A stretch of DNA of 64,000 nt from Octopus sinensis (Eukaryota), in assembly GCF_006345805.1 (NCBI RefSeq), contig NC_043007.1, positions 59,148,001 to 59,212,000 of the forward strand, read 5' to 3'. The translations under genes were made by a program, and so were the position numbers. Shown here in pieces: positions 1-12,562 of this stretch (the stretch's first letter is position 1; each line of letters starts with the position of its first letter). The notes beneath the pieces are model-generated. The model was not told the DNA's origin and made no database searches. It saw only the letters and a program-made list of their open reading frames with translations.

Positions 1-633
1 AACATTGAAACGCGCTGAAACGATCAACAGCGTTCACTTTGAAGTACCACTAACATGAAGATTTGGCTGATTTAACACCACTCACATTACTCGCTAATAT
101 ATCTGGGAAAAAAATGTTATTCTGGTTATTATAACAAATTCGGAAACTTGGCCAAGAAGAAAGCCTCAGCGGCTCTTTCAATATGATTACAGAAATGTTA
201 TTTCACTCCTTCTAACTAGTTTCAAGATAATGTTTTTTTTAACAGTCCTTGTATTATTCACCACTGTGAATATCAACGTCGCACAACCTTTTTACTGCAT
301 TAGTCAGTTTTTATTGTACAGCCTATAACGTTACACAGGTAAAAAAATATGTAGTAAATGTCAAATTCATTTATATCTTGCTACATACATCCTTCAGCAA
401 ATATTTTAAATTAATGGTCAACGGCATCTTCCTTTCTATAAACTTGGTTCAGAGCTCGTTTCAAAATTGTAATATAAATTTTATTTTGTATGAAAAATTG
501 AATTATGCCTTCTGAATTTTCTTCGACTTTCACTTTCTTCACCGTGACATTCATTCAATCGTGAATTTAATAACCCTTAGTACATGTTCCAAATAAATGT
601 TGACTTTCTGTACTTTGTTACATTGGTGTCGCA

Positions 634-810
634 TAGTAACTTTTGCTAAGTTGGTAACTTTCCATTCTTTTTATATCATAACTATGCTGCAGAACGTATG
701 TTTTGTACCTATATTGACTATATTTAGTAACTTTTGCTAAATTGGTGACTTTCTATTTTTTATAGCATAACTATGTTACAGAAAGAATGTTTTGCACCTA
801 TAATTGACTA
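634..810. repeat. Diverged ~90 bp tandem duplication
   Basis: tagtaacttttgctaa...ataactatg...tgtttt...cctat(a)attgacta occurs at ~634-720 and ~726-810. Confidence 0.8.
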
Positions 811-924
811 CATTTCTTTTCCCTTGAACTTCGTATGAGTACGTTTTGCTGTTTTCAATATTATCAATTTTATGAGTGTGTGTGTGTATTTCTGCGTTCG
901 TTACGTCTATAGTGAACTATAGTA

Positions 925-1230
925 AAGAACATTTTACGCTGTTTTAATGAAATCACATCTAATGAAGTAGCCATCCTTATGGTTGGGGATCCCCATGAAA
1001 ATCATGATATTCTCATTCGTGTTTGACATAACAACCTTAAACGTGTTTCACAGACTCATTCCTCTTATGATGCTCTCCAGTATAATCTTATTCTGTGGAA
1101 TGGACAAGATGGGTATCATTCCAATGTTCTACGGATTGAACCTGCAATAAGATATTCAATTACAAACAAAAAGGTGTCGTCAAATGACTTCTAATCTTAC
1201 CAACTGATGTTAAAACCAGAACAATCAAAT
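925..1230 (+). pseudogene. Helitron Rep/helicase protein fragment (N-terminal of the Rep domain), with stops
   Basis: Manual translation from 961 gives NEVAILMVGDPHENHDILIRV*HNNLKRVSQTHSSYDALQYNLILWNGQDGYH...KKVSSNDF*SYQLM. This matches the Helitron NEVA..GD...RDI / ETHRSYDALQYPL..W.G.DGY segment. Confidence 0.85.
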
Positions 1231-2310
1231 CAATTTATTTTCATTTACATATTTATTTTCATTTACATATTTTCTACGTTATCTCAGTAACCAGTTATAG
1301 TTATTTCAAATACACTTCTCTACAACGACTAGGTTTCATTAGAAAATAGTTTCACACTTTCAATTTGAGCCAAAATTACAAAGTGTTGAGAGAAAGAGAG
1401 CGAGTGAGTGCCAATTATACGTACAAAAAAATTCATACCTCACAACACACACCTTCACTTACTCTTTCTTTCTTTCTCTCACTCCATTTCATATACACGT
1501 ACATACTACACTTTCTCCCCTCTTTTACGTTCTCCTCTCACTTCAAAGCAAATGTTGCCTTTTCACTTTATCCTCTCTTTCAATTTCTGCTCTCTTCAAA
1601 GCATACAGAAATCAAGCAATTTTATGGAAATTAACGAACAATCTATTGATCCCATATATATCGAGTTGACAACTTTGCTTCTTCAAACGAATGAATGCCA
1701 TAAAATAACCTCCTTTGACACATGCACACATACACACACTCTAGGTGATGAGCATGTTTAAAAACCTAATCTTCGACATAAACTTAAACGGAAGTTTTCT
1801 TAGAAACCCTGTCCTTTATCTCTTCTTTCTAGCATGTTCGACCTGACATTTCCGCCCCCCACCTTATTTTGCGATACAGGAGATTACGATTTCACCAACA
1901 AAATACGTTCTCAATATTTTAATTTTCTCCCTCTCCACACCAAATTCATTTCTTACTTTTTTCAAATTTTTATTCTTGGAGAAAAAACAGAGAGTACGGA
2001 TTTTAAAGAATTTTACCCATCACCTCACCACTTTCAAAAGCTAATGTTTCACTTTAAGCATTTTGGAAAGTGGGTAAGTTTCTTCTGAAATAATGTCGTT
2101 TGCCTGTTGTTTCTAGCATGTCAGGTTTTCTTGTAGTGGTTTAGTATTTTTTAAGTCTACTATTTCAGCAGAATTCTACACATACGGGAAGCATCAGCAA
2201 AAATTAAAAGATTGCGAGAGTTTAGCTTTTTGAAAGCTGATAGGTGATGGGTGGGTGAGTTGGAGGAAGGGGCATTGAGTGTTTCTTTAAGAAAAATTCA
2301 ACATTAAAAT

Positions 2311-2318
2311 ATGTATAT

Positions 2319-2382
<64 letters not shown>

Positions 2383-2391
2383 ATATATATA
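2311..2391. repeat. (TA)n microsatellite
   Basis: Direct reading. Similar tracts lie at 2757-2860, 13465-13760, 14670-14988, 16283-16390, 20320-20600 and 57780-57835. Confidence 0.95.
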
Positions 2392-2728
2392 TTCCCCAGA
2401 TTCGCAATCTCTGTATTTTTCAACGTAGATAACAAAAAAATTCGAAAAAATAGCTACAAATTAAGAAATTGCGGTGGGGATAGGAGGAAATTTAAATATT
2501 GAAAACGTGATTTCTGGACAAAATCGTATTAACCCTCTTTTATACGATGAAAAATACATATTTTCTGATCCTTTTTAAGAACAGAAAACACTTTCATGCA
2601 AATTGTACCCTCGCCCTTCACTATTAAACAAACAATAACTTCCGTTATTCCATTAACTATATATCAGCTGTGCCGATTCTGCCCATTAGAAAGGAGCAAA
2701 TAGCACAATAGGACTGTAGGTCATAACA

Positions 2729-2860
<132 letters not shown>

Positions 2861-3575
2861 GGGGAGAAACGGACGGACAAGGCATCTGCTTTTAATAGAC
2901 AATATAAACAATTATTGATTCAGTGGAGAACATGTACTTCATATTGTTTTTAGGTGCATTGTTTAAATTCACTGTTTCTCTTGTCAATGGCCCATCCACT
3001 CAGGTCATTACGTTCTTTCTCTGTCCTTTCCCCTCCCACCCCTCTCATCCATAATCACATACGTCAGTTTAAAAGGGAAAATCTTATTGTCGTTGTTACG
3101 TGTGCGTTTTCAAGCTCTTAATTAACAAAACGCATTGACAATGGTCTCAACATATAACGATTGTGTAACAGTGACATCTTTAACGTGAATAAATGCACTA
3201 ACCTATTTCTTGTGCCGGTCACTCCTCTAACATAGTTGTGAACAGCCTTTTGATACTGGTTCTCGAGGTGGGGGTTTTTTCTGAGTTTTTTTTCTCCCCA
3301 AATTCATAGCTGCCAAGAACTGAAGTAATAATGCGAAACAGCGAGAAAACTTCTACGTGGTTGTTGGACCTGTTAGAAGCTGCCGCTAATGTTCGAAAAC
3401 TGTTATACGGCTCCCTTACGCCCTATATACCTTGTGTACTAGTGCAATTACACCCATCCCCGTATCTTGCTTATTATTACTTATAAGTAATAATAAGCAG
3501 GATCTCGAGATCCTGCTTATTGTTCGAGATCATCTTTTTCACGCTTTTAATGGGACTAAGAGTCCATGAACGTGT

Positions 3576-3700
3576 ATACATACATACATACATACATACA
3601 TACATACATACATGCATACATGCCTACATGCATACATACATACATACATACATACATACATACATACATACATACATACATACATACATGCCTACATACA

Positions 3701-3734
<34 letters not shown>

Positions 3735-3747
3735 CATTCATACATAC
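3576..3747. repeat. (TACA)n microsatellite
   Basis: Direct reading. Other (TACA)/(TGTA)n tracts lie at 5298-5365, 7555-7605, 9808-9885, 10512-10620, 10748-10915, 11048-11135, 13126-13190, 14285-14408, 15510-15595, 20670-20728 and 33063-33100. Confidence 0.95.
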
Positions 3748-4835
3748 AGTTACTACCCAAAAGTAACTGAAAACGTTCTCTGTGGAACAAGCCCGTGTAG
3801 TTCAGTCTTCTGCCGCTAGAAGCTACTTGATGCGACCCTCAGGCATCAGTCTGCTAACAAACATCGTCTGGCGAAGTCATACTGCCACGTTGTGTGTCTT
3901 TGTTTTGCAGTTCATCTCTCCTGTTCGTCGATTTTTGCGATGGCTGAAACGAAGAAACAGCGTGCTTCCGTGAAATTCTATTTACTGCTGAGGAAAATTT
4001 TGTTTTCTGTTGAGCAAAACTCAAATTTACGAGTAGTTTTCACGCTTTAGGAGTGGTCACTTTTCGCTTGAAGACCAACCTCGTTCAGGACGACCGTCGA
4101 TCTCCCGAACGAATGAAAACATCACGAAAATTCATGAACTTGGAGGACTGTCGCCGAAAAATTGACGAACTTGTTGATACGACTGGTGTGTCCTGGAGTT
4201 CCTGCCAACGAAATTTGAGCAAGGAATTGCGAATGAAAAGAGTTGCAGCAAAATTTGTGCCTTGATTGCTCACGGAAGATCAAAAGCAGTCACGACTGAA
4301 TGCATGTCGTAAACTGAAAGAACAGTTGGAAGTTGATCCGGACCTTTTTTCGAAGGTCATCACTGGCGACGAAAGCTGCTTCTATGGCTACAACCCAGAA
4401 ACGAAGCAGCAATCAAGTCAATGAAAGTAGTCAATGTCACCACGACCCCACCCCACAAAGCGCGGCAAGTGAAGTCCAATGTCAAGACTATGCTGATTTG
4501 TTTCATCGATACGAAAGGAATTGTCCTCACAGAATTTGTTGCTCCTGGACAAACTGTTATCCAGACATTTTACTCGGCAGTTCTGAAACATTTGCGAGAC
4601 GCGGTGAGACGAAAACGGCCCAACCTGTGGCAAAGTGGAGAGTGGTGGTTTCATCACGGTAATACGCCTGCTCACATCGCCTTGAGTGTGAGATAGTTTT
4701 TAAACAAAAATAGCATGACCCCGCTTACCCACCCTCCCTATTTACCCGATCTTGCTCTCTCCAACTTTTTTTGTTCCCTCGGATGAAAAAGTCCTTTAAG
4801 GAAAACGTTTTCAGATGTGGAAGAGGTGAAGAAAA
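3748..4835 (+). mobile_element. Decayed mariner (DD34D-type) transposon, 3' end truncated
   Basis: Frameshifted segments MAETKKQRASVKF, MKRVAAKFVP (WVP-like motif), ITGDES, KARQVKSNVKTMLICFID, HHGNTPAH and HPPYLPDLA (YSPDLAP-like). A TA-flanked left end is followed by ccaaaagtaac. Confidence 0.9.
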
Positions 4836-4844
4836 AAGCGATTC

Positions 4845-4923
4845 TCCGGCCTTCATCAGGTGTCCTGGCAGAATTTTGAACCCAACTCTGGGTTCTTATT
4901 CCTAAGGTACTTTTTTGCAGATG

Positions 4924-4991
<68 letters not shown>

Positions 4992-5068
4992 TATTCAAGG
5001 CACTGCCTGGAATTGAAGTCGCAATCTTGGGATTAGTAACCCAAGCGCTCTTAACCATTACGCTATGC
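4845..5068 (-). mobile_element. Short repeat with tRNA-like head, (AAT)n tract and CTGATGA hammerhead-like core (truncated)
   Basis: Minus strand reads GCATAGCGTAATGGTTAAGAGCGCTTGGGTTACTAATCCCAAGATTGCGACTTCAATTCC (box A, TTGGG/CCCAA stem, degenerate box B). It is followed by (AAT)n and ...ggacacCTGATGAaggccgg. Confidence 0.6.
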
Positions 5069-5479
5069 GTCGGTGGGCATATAGTTTTCGTTTATAAAGT
5101 TTTCGTTTATATAAAAAAAAGATTTGGCGCCTGTTTTAACTAAAGAAGCGAAACTAAACAAAATCATCTTTATAAATGAGCAGGGCATATTAAATGACAT
5201 ATCTTAATGGATTCAGATCTTGTGCCCAATTTCTAAATGTTCAGCTGTCATAAGATATACCCTCTAGAGTTATTATCTATATGTTTATGCCTGTGTGCGT
5301 ATGTATGTATGTATGTATGTATGTATGTATGTATGTATGTATGTATGTAGTATGTATGTATGTATGCATGCATGTATGTGTATATGTGTGCATGTGCGTA
5401 TGTATGGTATATGTATTCGTGCATGTATGTTTGTACGCATGCATGCAGTTATGAACGTATAAAGGTATGTATCTTTTAC

Positions 5480-5850
5480 GCATTTCAGTCATTGCACTGC
5501 AGCCGTGTTGGGGCACCGCTTGGAAGGTTTAATCCAACAAATCGACACACAGTACTTATTTTATTTTAAAACCTATTACTTATTCTATCGGTCTATTTTG
5601 CCGAATTGCAAAGTTTCGGGAACGTAAACAAATCAGCACCGGTTGTCAAACGGTGGGAGGACAAATGCAACACAAACGCAAAGTCATATATATATATATG
5701 GCGGGCTTCTTTCAGTTTCTGCCCGCCAAATCCACTCACAAAGTGTTGGTCAGTCTTGGGCCGCGGCAGAAGACACTTGCGCTAGATGCTGTGCAGTGAG
5801 ACTGAACACAAGACACATGCGTAGGAAGCAAGCTTCCTAACAAAACAGTC
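5480..5850 (-). mobile_element. tRNA-derived SINE, family A (cephalopod-type)
   Basis: Reverse-complement match to the copies at 8203-8745 and 24148-24537 (tttcagtcatt..actgcagcc; ccggttgtcaa; caaatccactcacaa; aagcaagcttc). Confidence 0.8.
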
Positions 5851-5859
5851 ATGTGTCTG

Positions 5860-7000
5860 CATGTATCTTTGACACCTTACCCAGTTCAAACAATTTTCAC
5901 ACACGGGACAGCTGTTAATCACTCTTTATCTGGTGTAGAAGAGGAGGAACCCTTCAAGTCTTCACCAGATGTAACTTCAAAGCTTTGGACAACGCTTTTA
6001 TCACTGGTGACATTACCAGGTGCTCAAAACAGTTGTGGAGACGATCAAAAGAGCTATGCGTCTAGTAAATGCAGGACAAACCCTTCTTGCCCCAGGACAA
6101 AACACCCTAAAAACCCTCCCCCTAAGAAAAAAAAAACCTTTGGTCAACACCCACCTAGGACAAACAATTTTTAATCATGATTTTTATTCTTATTATTTGT
6201 AGTTTAGGAACACTTCTCTGAGATATAAAAAATTCATTAATTATAGTGTAATCTCAATCACAAAAATGAGCATAACAAAAAGAACATCATATCGTTTCTT
6301 TGAAAATTAAAACAAACACAATATTGAAAACCTCCTCAAGTGTTGAGGTTCATTTAAAGTTCATTTTACTACAACCGAATGCTGTGTTGTTTGCCATTCA
6401 GAAATTCCTCCCTAGTCTTCCTATCATTCACATAGTCCAGAGAGTGGGTGTGTAGTCCTGGGGGACTCCGCGTCCAGTAAACACCACCCTAGGAAGGAAC
6501 CCAACATATTTCTCAAAGTTGGAAAGAGCTACTTCTCTGAAACGTCAACTACCTACTTTCTACAGCCCAAGACTGGCAGGTGCAAATGGATCTAGTTGAA
6601 CAACTAAAATATTCCGCGTACACGTTGCCAATGACGCTCCGCCCAGACATAGTTATCTTCTCAAATTCAGCCAAGCAGCTAATATTATACGAAATGGTTA
6701 TATCTAAGAAAGAACACATAGAGGAGACTATTGAAAGAAAGGTTTTCAAAGACAAGGAGCTGGTAGAGTATTTCCGGAACTAAGGCTGGCTGCAAGCTTA
6801 TTGTAGTAGGCTACCGGTGGATTGTGGCTGCCGACGAAGAGTGGGGAAACGTTCCATCAACGATTCTAAAGAAAAAAACTACTTGATGACTTTGGGTAAA
6901 AAGAACAGGCCTGTGACTTTTTGCTGCTTGAATGCAAGCCTGGATTTGATCAGCCCTAACTGGATGAACTGGGTGAGAGACTCCAATATTGAAAGACCCC
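5860..7000 (+). mobile_element. Decayed RLE-type non-LTR retrotransposon C-terminus (Hero/NeSL-like), interrupted at ~6110-6480
   Basis: Fragments IFDTLPSSNNFHT, HW*HYQVLKTVVETI (WRHDQVL-like) and WQVQMDL...LRPDIVIFSNSAKQLILYEMV...EETIERK (RPD..E..K restriction-like endonuclease). Confidence 0.75.
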
Positions 7001-7124
7001 AAAGCTTCGGTCCCTGGAAAAAAGCACATCTCAGTATCTGTGAGATTAACTTGTAACCTCTGTGAATGTGTGCGTGTGGGCGTGCACGTTTGAGTGCACT
7101 TATGCATGCATACATAAATATATA

Positions 7125-7245
7125 GTTTATCTATGTCATTGTTCAGTTTTATTTCAAGGTTTCTTGCCAATAGAGAAAGAGTCGGCTTCTAACCTAGATC
7201 CAAGGCTCCTTCATTGAAATTTCAACATGAACAAGGATATTTTTG
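7125..7245 (-). mobile_element. 3' end of R4/Dong-like LINE (same family as 10272-10500 and 11153-11650)
   Basis: cagttttatttcaagg tttcttgccaatagagaaagagtcggcttctaacctagatccaagg is the reverse complement of the 3' ends at ~10425-10490 and ~11575-11640. Confidence 0.7.
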
Positions 7246-8202
7246 TATGTATGTATGTATGTATGTATATATATATATATACTTACATATATACACACAC
7301 ATACACACGCACACATGCCACCACCGCTGCTGCTGGACGAGTTTCGTCTGCTGCTGATATATTTCTATTTTCTACATCTATACATCATTAAGAGATTCTT
7401 TCTCGAGACGAATGCCGCAGGTTTACAGGCTTTCAACGATATATCTGCTTTAAGTATGATTATATATATAGATTGCTGCTTTAAAATAATACTGCTTCCG
7501 TTGCTACTAACGAACACACACACACACTCACACACACCTACATGTATGTATTCTTGTATGTATGTATGTATGTATGTATGTATGTATGTAGTATGTATGT
7601 ATGTACACATACATATGTACGACATACGTGCACATGGGTACATACGTACAAAATACATACAAACATGAATACACAAACGCCCTAAAAACAACTTGAGAGA
7701 GTATATCTTATGACAGTTGAATTGCGCACAAGATCATGGTATTATGTTACATTCCACGGGCATTTATAAAGGATGTTTTTTAATTTCATATTCCCTTTCT
7801 GTTCAGAATCTACAACTACTTCCTTAAGCCCGCCAAAATATATACGTTATTCAATCAAATACTAATTTGTTATAAAATATGATTCCTCACAGTATATGAT
7901 ATTTATCAACTACTCTATATAATTCCGATAGATTGCTTAACTGTTTTCGTTATTGCTAAAACATAAAATTTAATTTTTCTTTGTCTTTCTTTTTTTCTTC
8001 TTATCAGCTGAATCTTCACACCGCAGAAGATATTTCTATTAAAAAACAACAAAAGAACATATTAGTTAAACAGCATTATTACTATAATTATGCATACTTC
8101 CGCACATGAACAATTAAAAAAAAACCTTCCCTGTACTAGATTTTTCTTGTTGAAACATGGTGTACAGATCGTTGGCGCCAGCTATCTGTATGTCATTTTT
8201 AA

Positions 8203-8745
8203 GCGGAGGCGTGACTGCATGGCTAAGAAGCATGCTTCCCAACCATGAAGTCTTGGGTTCAGTCCCACTGCTTGATATCTTGGGCAAGTGTCTTCCACAA
8301 TATCTGCGAGCCGACCAAAGTCTTGTGAGCTGATTTGCAGAGGAAACTTAAAGAAGCCTGTCGTATCTCTATATAGCGAAACCGTTTATCCAGACACATT
8401 TTTGTTCTCTCTCCCTTTTCTTTCTTCCTTTTTGTCTATTGAAGAGCGTAGGCTCGAAACATCAAAAACGTTTTCAGTTTTTAAAGTAATACACTTTGCT
8501 TGTTCCTTTACTTGTCTCTGTCTTTTGCTTTTTGTGCATTTGCACTATATATATATCTTCGTGTTTGTGTTGTGTTTGTTCCCTACCACAGCTTGATAAT
8601 CGGTATTGAATTGTTTACTTAGCGTTTCGGCAAAATAGAATAAATACCGGACTTGAAAATTAAGTACTAGGGTCGATTTGTTCGGCTGAACCCTTAAAGG
8701 TTGTGCTCCAGCATAGCCGCAGTCCAATGACTGAAACAAGTAAAA
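8203..8745 (+). mobile_element. tRNA-derived SINE, family A, with internal hammerhead-like segment
   Basis: Head ...gcttcccaaccatgaagtcttGGGTTCAGTCCcactgc...gggcaagtgtc, and tail gctccagcatagccgcagtccaatgactgaaacaagtaaaa shared with 24148-24537. Confidence 0.8.
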
Positions 8746-9071
8746 CGTTATTGCAATACTCATCATTCGAAACTCTGCTAGTTAAATAACGAGAAAAACG
8801 AGAAAAAGCCATATCATACCTGGCGGCGACTGTCTTCATCTGGTGATGTAGACCGATATTTCAGCTAACCGTTCTGGCGTATTTGTGTGATTATAAAGTT
8901 AATGGGAAATTCCAAGGATTCTCGCGCCAAATCATGATTATAAATCGAGATGCGTGAGAAATACAAGCCATCAGCTACTAGTATTCTGCATAACAGCTTT
9001 TTTGTAAAGTAACAATTGTAACATCAATCTGCAAATAAACATGTTAATAAAAATCGAAATATTGTGCTTGG

Positions 9072-9204
<133 letters not shown>

Positions 9205-9802
9205 TGTTGTTTCATTGAGAATGATCAAAATCTTGATAGACTTATTTTAAATAAATGTTTATATGAAAATCAGATTACCTTCCCGCTTGGTCTAGTGGTT
9301 AAGCATAATAACCACCATTATTTATCTTTAGAGCGGATGTCTGGGCATGGCGATAAAATCTTTATATAAACCTCTGCTGTTGGAAGCAGATGGTAAAATG
9401 TAAGACTAGATAATTTACAGTTGCTAGTTTTGATGCTTTCTTTGAAATTCCAGCTTGCATCACCTTGGTTTCCTTCAGCGAGGAATCATTAAAAGTAGAA
9501 TAAGTGCACAGTGGGTTCATCATCGGTTTTGGCGATGAACATTCTCTTATTGTTCATCCAACTGAATTCCTACGCGTAAAATTGATGAGTAAAACTGAGT
9601 ACTGAGTATTTCAAAGATCCATTTATTCTTAAAGCAATTCTCAAACCGAATCAGCGCGACACAGTGCGACAAGACCAGCCCTTTGAACTGCAGGTACAAT
9701 CTCAAGAGGGGTGGGACAGGGAGGAAAAGAAAGAAAGACAAAAACAAAGAAGGAAGGAAAAAGAGAAAGAAAAACATCTCTACCATTCCCTATCTGTGTG
9801 TG

Positions 9803-9836
<34 letters not shown>

Positions 9837-10271
9837 TGTATGTATGTATGTATGTATGTATGTATGTATGTATGTATGTATGTATATTAGACACACACAC
9901 ACAACAGTTTAAGTCGAAACACTAACTTAACATAAACTATGCAGTTTTTATATATTTTGGGTTGTGGCTAGAGATTTGCAATCTTATGTTCTCCGTACAC
10001 CCACAGCTGAGTGATCGATTTAGCATAATGTTTCGTTGAAGATTTATGGCACCTGCATGAAGTGGGAAAGTATATACTAGAGTTTAAAAATCCAAGCAAA
10101 ATTGGTAGACACATTTAACTATGGGAAATACCAACTGTGGGGAAATACCAAATATGTATTTCTATATGCGTGTTCTGTATTATTTGATGTAGTTCAGCTT
10201 GTCCTTAAAAATCACTTCCAGCTAGGACCCTGTGGTAGAATAGGATAACTTTGTTATACATTTCTCTATCT

Positions 10272-10500
10272 GCAAAACATTCCAGGAGCTTATCATTTAA
10301 GTACATATGCGCATGTCTAGACATTAAACTATATGTATGAGAATACATACATAAAAAAAACATACAAATCTACACATATACATACATACATACACACAAA
10401 AATACTCTGCTGGTGTTGAAAATCCTTGGATCAAGGTTAGAAACCGACTCTTTCTCTGTTGGCAAGAAATCTTGAAATAAAACTAGATAACGACTTACGT
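10272..10500 (+). mobile_element. 5'-truncated R4/Dong-like LINE 3' end followed by (TACA)n
   Basis: Homologous to 11390-11650 (aaaacatt..cttatcatttaagta..gcatgtctaga..; gttagaaa...ttggcaagaaatctt...aaaact). Confidence 0.7.
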
Positions 10501-10596
10501 ACAAACAAATATACATACATACATACATACATACATACATACATACATACATACATACATACATACATACATACATACATACATACATACATACAT

Positions 10597-11050
10597 AAAT
10601 ACATACATACATACATACATACATGCATGCATGTATACATACGTACGTACGTACGTTTTCGCTCATTGGTGATATCCTGTACTTAATGTGTATTTTTTTA
10701 ATTATTTATAATTGAACGCCACGCAACCTTTGTCAACAGTACATATACATACATGCATACATACATACATACATACTACATACATACATACATACATACA
10801 TCATACATACATACATACAACATACATACATACATACATACAACATACATACATACATACATACATACATACATAATACATACATACATAAATACATACA
10901 TACATACATACATACATGCATGCATGTATACATACGTACGTACGTACGTTTTCGCTCATTGGTGATATCCTGTACTTAATGTGTATTTTTTTAATTATTT
11001 ATAATTGAACGCCACGCAACCTTTGTCAACAGTACATATACATACATGCA
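10597..11050. repeat. Near-identical tandem duplication, period ~300 bp, with (TACA)n spacers
   Basis: acatgcatgcatgtatacatacgtacgtacgtacgttttcgctcattgg...ctttgtcaacagtac occurs at 10621-10742 and ~10914-11035. Confidence 0.9.
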
Positions 11051-11106
11051 TACATACATACATACATACATACATACATACATACATACATACATACATA
11101 CATACA

Positions 11107-11137
<31 letters not shown>

Positions 11138-11152
11138 GTACGTACGTACTTA

Positions 11153-11650
11153 CAGAGAAAAGAAACTATATACAATAGTGAAAATTAGCTGCTCGGCCGA
11201 TATTAACATAAGAAAATACCTACGAAAAAGAAAATACCCATACTGAACTAATGAGAAATCTGCACTTATTATACCCAGGTTACAAGCACACATTTATATC
11301 AATAATCATTGGAGCATTGGGATACGTAACATATTGCATAAGTACCGCTCTTGAAAGTTGATTTGAAGACTACAGATCCAAGCCATCGTGTAAAACATGC
11401 CACAAGCTTATCATTTAAGTATATATGTGCATGTCTAGATATGCAACTATATGCATGGAAATATATACATAAAACAAAGCATACAAATTTTCACAAGCAC
11501 TGACTCCAAATACTGTATCTATACACACATACATGCAAAAATTCCCTGTTGATGTTGAAATTCCAGGGAAGGAGCCTGGGATCTAGGTTAGAAAACAACT
11601 CCTTCTCTATTGGCAAGAAATCTTCAGATAAAACTGAATAATGACTTACA
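11153..11650 (+). mobile_element. R4/Dong-like RLE LINE, C-terminal coding remnant plus 3' UTR
   Basis: Frameshifted REKKLYTIVKISCSADINI...ELMRNLHLLYPGYK...FISIIIGALGYV, matching the RLE D/E-x-x-x-P..K and P.IIGALG motifs. Flanked by (TACA)n on both sides. Confidence 0.75.
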
Positions 11651-12490
11651 TACATATACGTAGTTTTTATGGGTTTGTAGATGTGTGTGTTGTGTTTAGG
11701 TCTAGTATTATTTCTAACTTGGTATCGATACGCCGATAACCTAAGTGGATTAAAATTATCCTTCTGGCTTATGTATTGTCTACTTGGACTGAGGCGTTTT
11801 ACAAAGTCTTCTATATTTAATTATGCTGATGAGGTTTTTACTTCATACTTCATTATATTCTCTGATTAACCATTTAAGGGTATTAACTAACTGTCTCTTG
11901 TGGAAAGTAACAACATTCCACAAATTATGTTGACAATTCTTGCAAGTCAAATTGTGTACACTCGATAAAAAGAAAAGAAAAAAGGAAATTGATGTGTATG
12001 GTGTTTTCTTCAGTGCATATACCAGCTTGTTGAAATGTCAATGGCGTCTGTAAAGGAAATTAATGCTGTAAAAAACATGACTCTAGGGTTAGTTATTTAA
12101 GAGAGGTCACATGGAAATCTCATTAAAATGCTATTCATACGATACATTACAGTGTAACATTTTTCCGAGCTGTTTCTCGTGACCTTGTAAATCGTTTAAA
12201 TAAAATATACCCGAAACTAACTTTCAAAATTATATCATAGTTATTTTGTTAAAATTTCACTACATGGGACAGTGGATTCAAATATGTAGTTGTTCTTCAG
12301 TTTACTCGGAAGATTGGTCCCACGAGTCACCGTAATGTATAGAAATTGTATCAAATGAAGATACATTTATAATGTTATGATCAGTAGATAGCAACAAAAT
12401 TTAAATAATCTATTGCAATTGAGATAATTGATACTTCTCCGTGTAACGGGAACAATGCGTTCCTAAAACAAAACAAAACAAAACTTACTA

Positions 12491-12562
12491 TGACGCGAAA
12501 TTCTACTACGCGAAATTCTACTACGCGAAATCCTGCTACGCGATATTCTGCTACGCGAAATT
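12491..12562. repeat. 15-bp minisatellite (ctacgcgaaattcta) x ~5
   Basis: gacgcgaaattctactacgcgaaattctactacgcgaaatcctgctacgcgatattctgctacgcgaaatt. Confidence 0.9.

Noticed and set aside
4997-5068. tRNA gene on the minus strand
   Set aside because: The T-loop is degenerate, the anticodon loop is 8 nt and the acceptor stem is poor; treated as a repeat head.
12491-12562. CRISPR-like array
   Set aside because: Contiguous 15-bp units without unique spacers, in a eukaryotic context with no cas genes.
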